NCBI RefSeq assembly: GCF_937959485.1
Contig: NZ_CALGPY010000006.1
Location: 29,994-93,993 of the forward strand
Reading direction: 5' to 3'
DNA length: 64,000 nt
Source: an uncultured Campylobacter sp.
GTDB lineage: Bacteria > Campylobacterota > Campylobacteria > Campylobacterales > Campylobacteraceae
In this document: positions 31,874 through 38,876 of the stretch, piece after piece
Layout of the letters: each line of letters opens with the position of its first letter
How positions within the stretch are numbered: position 1 is the first letter of the stretch
Position numbers and translations under genes: made by a program
The notes under the pieces: model-generated
The model's database searches: none
What the model was told of the DNA's origin: nothing
Seen by the model: the letters and a program-made list of their open reading frames with translations, nothing else

Positions 31874-32176
31874 CTATTTTAAAAGCGCAATTTGTTTTAA
31901 AGCCTTTTTCGCGCACTCCCTCAAATCCTCTTCGCTTAATGAATCACCTACCGTATCATCACCCCTCAACTCTTCGTCCGGTTTGAATTCATCGATATCG
32001 GTAAGAAGCCTGTTTAGCGGCTCATAATATTCATCGGAAAAATTTTTATCATTAATAAATTTATCCCAATATATCTCTTCAAATTCAAATACGTCGATTC
32101 TATTTTGCAAAAATCCTATATTATTTTTATATATTCCTCTATCACAATGAGCTCCTTTTGGATGTATTTTAATCAC
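31874..32176 (-). CDS. small acidic protein, colicin-type self-immunity-like (tentative)
   Basis: 100 aa. The C-terminal pattern DEFKPDEELRGDDTVGDSLSEEDLRECAKKAL resembles colicin-like immunity domains, judged from memory only. Confidence 0.5.
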   Translation of the reverse strand: MIKIHPKGAHCDRGIYKNNIGFLQNRIDVFEFEEIYWDKFINDKNFSDEYYEPLNRLLTDIDEFKPDEELRGDDTVGDSLSEEDLRECAKKALKQIALLK

Positions 32177-32441
32177 CCGCCGCTTTAATACCTAGAACCA
32201 ACCATAAATTACTACCGATATTCACGCCTTCGCATAAATTTTTTATAATTGTTAAGTCGTTAGAAGAAATTTTTATATCATATTCATACATTTGAACTAA
32301 AAAATCTTCCAGCGCTATACCATATTCTCCAGCCTTAACCAGTTCTTCCAAATAAATTACAAAGTCGCGCCGACCGACTTCGGCAAATTCATCTTTGTAA
32401 TTACTGAATAAATTTAAAAATATCGGATCGCTGTATCTCAT
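32169..32441 (-). CDS. MafI-family-like immunity protein
   Basis: 90 aa. The core AGEYGIALEDFLVQMYEYDIKISSNDLTIIKNL matches the MafI-type motif as I remember it (GE.GLALE.L...LYEYDI.I). Confidence 0.6.
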   Translation of the reverse strand: MRYSDPIFLNLFSNYKDEFAEVGRRDFVIYLEELVKAGEYGIALEDFLVQMYEYDIKISSNDLTIIKNLCEGVNIGSNLWLVLGIKAAGD

Positions 32442-32487
32442 TCGCTTCTTTCCTTAAATTTATTTCTCGTAGCCGCTTCATAATCTT

Positions 32488-32967
32488 CTAGCTTCTAATT
32501 TCTATTTGAATATCAAGCAAGTCATCGTGATCTGGGTATTTGGCAGTCTCCGAGAGCGTAAATTTTATCACGTCTAACAACTGCCTAGCCAGATCGCTGT
32601 ATTTTTTCTTAAATGCATTAAAATTTAAGAAAATTAGCTTTAAATCGTCTCGAACGCCTTGCTTATTTTTTAAACCGTATCGTGAGTTTTCTTCTTTTTC
32701 CTCGATATATTCGCTATAGCTTTCCCACTCGTCTTTATCTTTATATTGCTCCCACTCTTCCTCTTTGTAGTCTTTCCATTCCTTAAATCGCAGAAACCAA
32801 AAGAAATCTGCGAATGCATCAGGGCCGATACGTAGCGGTAAAGACAGCTTTTCGGATAAATATGAGTATAACTTATGCTCTATTTCTTTGGGACAATAAT
32901 CATGCCACTCATCAATATATCTTCTGTCTTTTTGCAACTCATCAAAGTCAATCACTACTTCTATCAT
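32488..32967 (-). CDS. hypothetical acidic W/E/K/Y-rich protein
   Basis: 159 aa ORF inside the co-oriented array. No motif recognised. Confidence 0.55.
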   Translation of the reverse strand: MIEVVIDFDELQKDRRYIDEWHDYCPKEIEHKLYSYLSEKLSLPLRIGPDAFADFFWFLRFKEWKDYKEEEWEQYKDKDEWESYSEYIEEKEENSRYGLKNKQGVRDDLKLIFLNFNAFKKKYSDLARQLLDVIKFTLSETAKYPDHDDLLDIQIEIRS

Positions 32968-33059
32968 TTTTCCTCACCCCAACTATGCTAACACATATTT
33001 TCTTAAAATTCTAAAAATCAAACAAACGCAAATTAACGCGAACTCGCCTTTATTAAATT

Positions 33060-33620
33060 TTAGTACAAATCAGACCAAAAAGGCACATACGGGCATTTTC
33101 TAATCGGCTCAAGAGGATTTTTACTAAATTCCCTCAAAAAGTAGTCATATAAATTTTTCCCATAATAAATGACATCGGTATAGTGTATAGATAAGACCGG
33201 TGGATCCGGTAATTTAAGACACGGCATATATCTATGGGAATATACGGGTATAATCTTAGGCGCGATTTTGGCTGCCTCTAGTATAATGGCTCGCTTGCGA
33301 GATTTGTCTTCGGGCATCGGACCCCATTTTTGCGTATTCCAATAGCTCTCATTTGGAAAAATTTCATCAATAGGATCGTTTTTTAAGTACTCAAAGACGT
33401 AGTTCATGGCCTGCTTTATCTCCTTTATATTTTCATCGCTAAAGTCTCTCCAATTATAAAATTCTACCGAAATGGGCAATGTATATGATAAAAAATCTCT
33501 TAGGCTTTTTGGAAATTTAAACTCATAAATTTGCTCTATTTTGTCTATTTCGCCCTCTTTCAAACCATCGCTCAATTCTATGCCGCTCTTTTCTAGCAGC
33601 TCTTTTATTTGCTTATACAT
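33060..33620 (-). CDS. SMI1/KNR4 (SUKH superfamily) immunity-type protein
   Basis: 186 aa. N-terminal pattern LEKSGIELSDGLKEGEIDKIEQIYEFKFPKSLRDFL, plus IPVYSHRYMP...PVLSIHYTDVIYYGKNLYDYF, typical of SMI1/KNR4 proteins. Confidence 0.65.
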   Translation of the reverse strand: MYKQIKELLEKSGIELSDGLKEGEIDKIEQIYEFKFPKSLRDFLSYTLPISVEFYNWRDFSDENIKEIKQAMNYVFEYLKNDPIDEIFPNESYWNTQKWGPMPEDKSRKRAIILEAAKIAPKIIPVYSHRYMPCLKLPDPPVLSIHYTDVIYYGKNLYDYFLREFSKNPLEPIRKCPYVPFWSDLY

Positions 33621-33645
33621 ATTCTATTTTATCCTTATAAGGCTT

Positions 33646-34020
33646 TTAGTCGTAATCGAAGTCATCAAGCTCATAACCAAAAATTTGGATTGTTTTTAGA
33701 GCTAATTCGCGTAGTCCGCAAAAGGTGCTATTGTGGTATATAAAATCTTCATAGTCTGTCATAGAAGCCTCTTCCTCCCAAAATTTTGAATCACACTCCG
33801 TAAATTTATCTAGCATTTTGGCTATCGCTTTACGTTCCTCCATACTGAAATAAATTTTGTTTGATTCCGCTAGGGCTATTTTGCAAGCGCTCTCACAATC
33901 TTCTATTAAATCTATGCACAACAAATACTTATCCTTTGTGGGGTTAAGCATATATTTTTCTTGGCATTTTAATGAAGCAAGGCAGCATAATTCTCTCAAT
34001 AGCCTTTCTTTTATTGACAT
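33646..34020 (-). CDS. island family A protein (copy 3)
   Basis: 124 aa. CLASLKCQEKY...MEERKAIAKML...LRELALKTIQIFGYELDDFDYD. Confidence 0.7.
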   Translation of the reverse strand: MSIKERLLRELCCLASLKCQEKYMLNPTKDKYLLCIDLIEDCESACKIALAESNKIYFSMEERKAIAKMLDKFTECDSKFWEEEASMTDYEDFIYHNSTFCGLRELALKTIQIFGYELDDFDYD

Positions 34021-34036
34021 TTTATTCTCCTAAATT

Positions 34037-34648
34037 TTATATCCCGTACCACTTCGTTACATTTCCCTCTTCGTCGATATCGACCTCTATGTGTTCGTAT
34101 TTATTGTAGAGGCTAGGAATTAAAATTTCATCATAATATTTTTTGCCGCATTCGGTGATAAATATATACATATTATGATGGCACCACCGATTAGGCTCTT
34201 CCCAAAAAGCGCAGTCTGCGTGAGTATAATTTTTTAGAGGTTCGTATGAGCGGGCTATAAATTTATCTAAATTATAAAAGAAATTTTCTCTTAAAATTTT
34301 CCATTCTTCAAATTTTATTATATTTAAATTTATATTAGCGCTAGTTTTATATTTTATGTCGGTATCTATGAAATTATTTAGATAAAACTGCCCAAAGAGC
34401 ATTATTAAAATATCTTTTACATTCTCATCACATAAATTAAAATTATGAATTAATGTGCTGGCGATAGAGTCGGTTTCATAAACTTCGGTGCTTTCCATTA
34501 GGCTAAACGCCTCGAGCTCATAAAAATCTAGCGATCTTTTCCCGCTTGCAGCTTGGAAATCTTTAAAAATCTTAAACCTAAAATCTTCCGCTTCGCTAAA
34601 GAAATATACGTATGGATTTAAATTTAGATCAAGTGCTTTTACTCTCAT
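34037..34648 (-). CDS. hypothetical protein
   Basis: 203 aa ORF, in-array, co-oriented, AT-rich codon usage. Confidence 0.55.
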   Translation of the reverse strand: MRVKALDLNLNPYVYFFSEAEDFRFKIFKDFQAASGKRSLDFYELEAFSLMESTEVYETDSIASTLIHNFNLCDENVKDILIMLFGQFYLNNFIDTDIKYKTSANINLNIIKFEEWKILRENFFYNLDKFIARSYEPLKNYTHADCAFWEEPNRWCHHNMYIFITECGKKYYDEILIPSLYNKYEHIEVDIDEEGNVTKWYGI

Positions 34649-34680
34649 TTTATACCGTCCAAATTATTGTTTTGCGCATT

Positions 34681-35019
34681 TTAGCCTTGTTTTGCATAAT
34701 AAGCTCTTCCCTGCTCTGTTTCTGTTACGCAAAAATATTTGCTATTTACGCCGACCGGCTCATAATTTTTATCATCTCTTAAAATATTTAAAATTTCAGA
34801 TTTATCGTGTATCTCTTTCATTTCTGTATCATAACCCCAATTTGAACTAAACAATCTTATATAACCTTGCTCGTATAAGGACAATAAAATTTCTTTCGCC
34901 ACTTTAAGCGAATTGGCAACGTTAATAGAATTTAATTCCCAAACGATCTCCCATAAAGGGATATAATCGCCATCTTCAACTATTCCCGATAAAATAGTTA
35001 AAATCGTCTTTTTATTCAT
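34681..35019 (-). CDS. hypothetical small protein
   Basis: 112 aa ORF, in-array. Confidence 0.55.
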   Translation of the reverse strand: MNKKTILTILSGIVEDGDYIPLWEIVWELNSINVANSLKVAKEILLSLYEQGYIRLFSSNWGYDTEMKEIHDKSEILNILRDDKNYEPVGVNSKYFCVTETEQGRAYYAKQG

Positions 35020-35043
35020 TTAAAACCGCATTTCCGAACCAGT

Positions 35044-35439
35044 CTAATCAAAGTCATAGTTGAAGTCATCTAAATCATATCCGAAAATTTGGATTGTTTT
35101 TAAGGCTAGCTCTCTGATCTCTATCCAAGATTTATTGTGATAGACCAAATATTCATAATCATCTACGTATAATGATCTATCGTCCTTAAAGTTTTTAAGA
35201 ATAAGAGACTTAAGCTCTCTTAGTGCATCCCTTTCGTATGACAAGAAATAAAATTCAAATTCCTCCAATAGGGCATTAGCGCAGGAATCACATAAAAAAT
35301 ATACCATCTCCTTAGGATTTTCGCAATCTTCATCTGTAGTGTGCACAAGATATTTATCCTGATATTCCAAAGAAGCCATTCGCCACAGATAAAACATAAG
35401 CCCACCTTTATAGAATATCTCTTTTCCATTAATTTGCAT
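35044..35439 (-). CDS. island family A protein (copy 4)
   Basis: 131 aa. Closest paralog of 30971..31363 and preceded by the same leader repeat. Confidence 0.7.
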   Translation of the reverse strand: MQINGKEIFYKGGLMFYLWRMASLEYQDKYLVHTTDEDCENPKEMVYFLCDSCANALLEEFEFYFLSYERDALRELKSLILKNFKDDRSLYVDDYEYLVYHNKSWIEIRELALKTIQIFGYDLDDFNYDFD

Positions 35440-35473
35440 TTGGGTTTCCTTTTATTGGGATATGGGTTTCGTC
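35437..35473 (-). repeat. island leader repeat, copy 3
   Basis: CATTTGGGTTTCCTTTTATTGGGATATGGGTTTCGTC, upstream of 35044..35439. Confidence 0.85.
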
Positions 35474-35814
35474 TAGCATTCTAAACTCACATATTTTAAT
35501 AAAATTTTCGGTCTTATATACAGTTCTATCTGCACCATTATGTCTATAGCAAAATTTTGTCCTATTTCTATAAATTCGCCATCTTTATTTCTTCTGATGT
35601 TTAAGGACTCGATGCATTCGGCGGTAAATTCCACAGCTGTCTCCCTGCCTGCTTTTATAGTAATTTCCACCCATCCCTCGACTATACAATATGTAAATAT
35701 TAGCCCGTCTATTTCGAACGTATATTTTCCAATATCGCTATCTATTTCATCCGGGTAAAAACCAAAAAAATCGCTCATCTCCATCACGTCGGGATACGTT
35801 TTTATATATGTCAT
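35473..35814 (-). CDS. hypothetical small protein
   Basis: 113 aa ORF, in-array. A degenerate leader-like sequence lies upstream. Confidence 0.55.
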   Translation of the reverse strand: MTYIKTYPDVMEMSDFFGFYPDEIDSDIGKYTFEIDGLIFTYCIVEGWVEITIKAGRETAVEFTAECIESLNIRRNKDGEFIEIGQNFAIDIMVQIELYIRPKILLKYVSLEC

Positions 35815-35845
35815 TTTATGCCTTCCTTTTGGGATGATAGTTATA
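35812..35845 (-). repeat. degenerate leader-like repeat
   Basis: CATTTTATGCCTTCCTTTTGGGATGATAGTT resembles the leader repeat (CATTT..TTCCTTTT.GGGAT). It lies upstream of 35473..35814. Confidence 0.45.
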
Positions 35846-35880
35846 AATTTTATACTTTAATCATGCCGAGAAAATAAATT

Positions 35881-37044
35881 TCATACAATTACATACACCG
35901 AGCTTTGATTAAATTTAGCCTCTGAAAAATCTACGATCTTTTCATTATCTCTTAAAGTATAAAGCTCGAAATCTGCGCTCAGCTCATCGATATTATAGAA
36001 ATCCAAACATAAAGCAAATCTACTGTTCTCAATATCCATATTTTCGATCTTTTCCTTTACCAATTTCAAAAATAAAAGGCATTCTTTAATAAAATCATCT
36101 TCCTTTAAATTTGGATTTTTGATCTCCACTTCATTGATCGACCACTCAAAATCGCTTAAGCCTTGATATATTGAAGAATTAATTAAAATGTTCTCTGTTG
36201 TGGCTATTCTTTCTCTTTTAAGATTCTTGATAAAAAATATTCCTGTGTCAAGATAGATCAGGCCTTCGCGCAATAGCTGCTTTAATTGCGATATTTTCAG
36301 ATCTTTGATTGAGCCGCTAAGAGCAATAAATTTAATTAAATTCGGATCGGCATACAAAGTTCCTCTTTTTATCTCTCTTGCTTCTTGCACTCTGGAAAAT
36401 AGCTCTTCATTATTTTTAGGCAGAAGAAAAACCGCTTTGTTCAAATTAACCTCTTTTTTATCTATCGTCACTTTTGCCTTGCTGTTTTTCTCGCAAAATT
36501 TTAAAAAGTTGATTCCATATTTAATCTCGTCGTTTAGCCCTATACAGCCAAAACCCTTGCTATCATGCGGATAGACGGCTAAATTTAAACTCGGAAAAAC
36601 TATAAAACACCATTCGTTTATCGAATAATCATAGCACATTAAAAATTTAGCCAGCTCTTTTATGTCGTCCCATTTCAGAATGTCCATTCTTATGCACATA
36701 GCGGGCAACGGATATTCTTTATCTCTAGCTAGAGAAAAATACTCATTTTGTTCTTGCAAAATTCCAAGATCTTTAAATTTATCGTATAACGGCTTTACCT
36801 GCGAGATTGCTTTATATTTTTTGTATACTTTATCATCACACATTAGAGCGCTTACGATAAATACTTCATCGCTATATTTTCTAAAAAAGTTATCGAATAA
36901 TTTTATCGCTAAATTTACTCCGCTTAGCCAGCCCTTGCTTTCGATCTCAAAGAAACCGATCCAGTTTTTAGAAGCGCTGAAGCTGCTAAAATTTATATCG
37001 CTCAGCCTTAAACTACTATTTTTCAAATTTAATAACTTTTTCAT
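35881..37044 (-). CDS. hypothetical protein, the largest ORF of the array
   Basis: 387 aa. No catalytic or secretion motif recognised. Confidence 0.6.
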   Translation of the reverse strand: MKKLLNLKNSSLRLSDINFSSFSASKNWIGFFEIESKGWLSGVNLAIKLFDNFFRKYSDEVFIVSALMCDDKVYKKYKAISQVKPLYDKFKDLGILQEQNEYFSLARDKEYPLPAMCIRMDILKWDDIKELAKFLMCYDYSINEWCFIVFPSLNLAVYPHDSKGFGCIGLNDEIKYGINFLKFCEKNSKAKVTIDKKEVNLNKAVFLLPKNNEELFSRVQEAREIKRGTLYADPNLIKFIALSGSIKDLKISQLKQLLREGLIYLDTGIFFIKNLKRERIATTENILINSSIYQGLSDFEWSINEVEIKNPNLKEDDFIKECLLFLKLVKEKIENMDIENSRFALCLDFYNIDELSADFELYTLRDNEKIVDFSEAKFNQSSVYVIV

Positions 37045-37112
37045 CTTTACCCACCGTAATTTTTGCTTTTGCTAAATTATACACCTTATTTGCGAAGCAA
37101 AGATCATTTATA

Positions 37113-37508
37113 TTAATTTTCATAGAAAAATTTGATTTTATAAAAATTTTCATCCCCTGACGCAACCACTAATAATAAGCTTTTTATACGGCGAAATCTA
37201 TCGAAAATATTCGGCTTTGTATCTTCTTGATATTTATACGTTTTAAAACATTCGCTTTTTGCGTCTATATCTACGTCGCGCCAACTTCCGTTTAGAAATA
37301 TATCATTAGAGATAGAAATAATGCCTTGCATTATTTCTGGGTCCAACTCTTTGTTTTTATAATGCCGCAAAATCTTTTTTAAATCAGCTTCTAATTTCCA
37401 ATATTCATCATCGGACCATAGATTATTATCCAAAATCATACCTATAAAGGAATTTGCATCATATCTATCATCAAATGCGGTATTTCTATAAAAATTTACA
37501 AGATTCAT
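37113..37508 (-). CDS. island family B protein (copy 1 of 2)
   Basis: Aligns with 37513..37899 from MNLVNFYRN... (W.D.DYWKL...L..IL..Y.NK.L..EI...I..I.ND...IFDRF.R.K.L). Start moved to the internal ATG 37508, which removes the overlap with the upstream paralog. Confidence 0.65.
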   Translation of the reverse strand: MNLVNFYRNTAFDDRYDANSFIGMILDNNLWSDDEYWKLEADLKKILRHYKNKELDPEIMQGIISISNDIFLNGSWRDVDIDAKSECFKTYKYQEDTKPNIFDRFRRIKSLLLVVASGDENFYKIKFFYEN

Positions 37509-37512
37509 TGCA

Positions 37513-37899
37513 TCAATCCTTTGGAGCATACCAAAAACCGCTATTGTCAAGCTTTTCTTTGAATACGATGCTGTTGCACAGAACCTTTAATCTTTCAAAT
37601 CTATCATATATGCTAGGCACTACGCCGTCGCTGTTTTTCGCACACAATATATTGCTTACATAAATTTCCGATTTGTCCTCCACGCCGATAACATCATTAA
37701 ATATCGCTAGTATTGCGATGAAAATTTCTTTTGGAAGCGTTTTGTTATGATAAAAGCTCAAAATCTGCATTAAAGTTTTATCCAACTTCCAATAGTCGCA
37801 ATCCGACCAAGTTTTTTGATAGATAAATTTTCCGACAAACGAATTAATGCTGAATTTATCAGAATTCGTTGAATTTTGGTATAAAAGCTTTAAATACAT
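37513..37899 (-). CDS. island family B protein (copy 2 of 2)
   Basis: 128 aa tandem paralog of the previous gene. Confidence 0.65.
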   Translation of the reverse strand: MYLKLLYQNSTNSDKFSINSFVGKFIYQKTWSDCDYWKLDKTLMQILSFYHNKTLPKEIFIAILAIFNDVIGVEDKSEIYVSNILCAKNSDGVVPSIYDRFERLKVLCNSIVFKEKLDNSGFWYAPKD

Positions 37900-37973
37900 T
37901 AATCACCGTCCTTTTTTCATTCTTTATTAAACATTTAGCCATCTTTATGACAAATTTATATTTATAAAATTGA

Positions 37974-38309
37974 TTATTTTCTGCTTGGCAACTCTTTAGA
38001 TAAAATTTTTGAATCAGTATACAATTTTTTCAAAAATTCTATCTCTTCTTGATCTAGCTCATCTAAAACCTCTTCTGTCGGTTTTTCGCTTAAAATTTTT
38101 CCATAAACCAAACTCAGCCTTTTATATGCGCGCGGGTTACCGTTCTTTTCAAATTGCTTTATTATAGCAATTCTGCACTCTTTTGTTATTTCAGAATTGC
38201 CCATAAAAAGATCTTTTATATCGCAAGAAGCGCTTTGCTCTTTATATAGATAAAATATCCACGCAAATAATATTATAGCGGCGGCAATAAAGTAAATTTT
38301 ATTTTTCAT
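37974..38309 (-). CDS. island family C membrane-anchored protein (copy 1 of 2)
   Basis: 111 aa. N-terminal TM helix (IYFIAAAIILFAWIFYLY), then C..KD....N......C......Q......G..R.Y.RL, shared with 38318..38779. Confidence 0.6.
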   Translation of the reverse strand: MKNKIYFIAAAIILFAWIFYLYKEQSASCDIKDLFMGNSEITKECRIAIIKQFEKNGNPRAYKRLSLVYGKILSEKPTEEVLDELDQEEIEFLKKLYTDSKILSKELPSRK

Positions 38310-38317
38310 GAAATCTC

Positions 38318-38779
38318 TTATTCTTTTGGTTTTTTATCCGTGTAATATAGATGTATGACTTCATCCATGTTAATCTCTTTTTCCTTTCCGATCCGCTCGG
38401 TACACAATGTGAAATTTCCCTCCCTCAAAACGCACTTTTTTAATAAACCAACTATAAAGTCGTTATTTGTGCATAGATCTAAATTTCCAGAATGAAATTT
38501 TTTAATAAAATTTAGCTCTTCTTTGTCTAATTCTTGCTGCGCCTTTTTATCTACACAATATCTATCTAAAAAATATCGCTCATAAAAATAAAAAAGTCGC
38601 CTATGCCCCCCGCTGTTGCCATTATTAGCCCGTCGTATCAATTTTAATCTGCATTTTTGCTCCATACGATTGTAGTTTTGCCTCAACATATCGTTAATAT
38701 CACAAGGTGAAAAACTTAGCACCGAAAGAATAATATAAATATAAAGAAATATACTAATTATGATGAGAAAAAATTTCAT
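38318..38779 (-). CDS. island family C membrane-anchored protein (copy 2 of 2)
   Basis: 153 aa. N-terminal TM helix and the same Cys-spaced domain plus ELDKEELNFIKKF (compare ELDQEEIEFLKKL). Confidence 0.6.
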   Translation of the reverse strand: MKFFLIIISIFLYIYIILSVLSFSPCDINDMLRQNYNRMEQKCRLKLIRRANNGNSGGHRRLFYFYERYFLDRYCVDKKAQQELDKEELNFIKKFHSGNLDLCTNNDFIVGLLKKCVLREGNFTLCTERIGKEKEINMDEVIHLYYTDKKPKE

Positions 38780-38857
38780 TTTATATCCTTACTTATTTTT
38801 GGTTTTTTAGATATAACCGATCAATCATAGAATTTGCGATTTAATTAGTAATAAAAG

Positions 38858-38876
38858 TGGTGTCCTGCGTTGAATT
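38858..38876. repeat. partial copy of the tRNA-Lys 3' end (att-type direct repeat, distal copy)
   Basis: TGGTGTCCTGCGTTGAATT here versus TGGTGTCCTGCGTTGGATT at 42223..42241. That is 18 of 19 identical, in the same orientation. Confidence 0.8.

Larger units (their letters stand above)
30971..38857 (-). mobile_element. AT-rich genomic island segment: array of 16 co-oriented small genes, with no integrase of its own inside these bounds
   Basis: The composition drops sharply in GC compared with both flanks. All ORFs are on the minus strand and tightly packed. The right end is the 19-nt partial tRNA-Lys copy at 38858. Confidence 0.75.
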
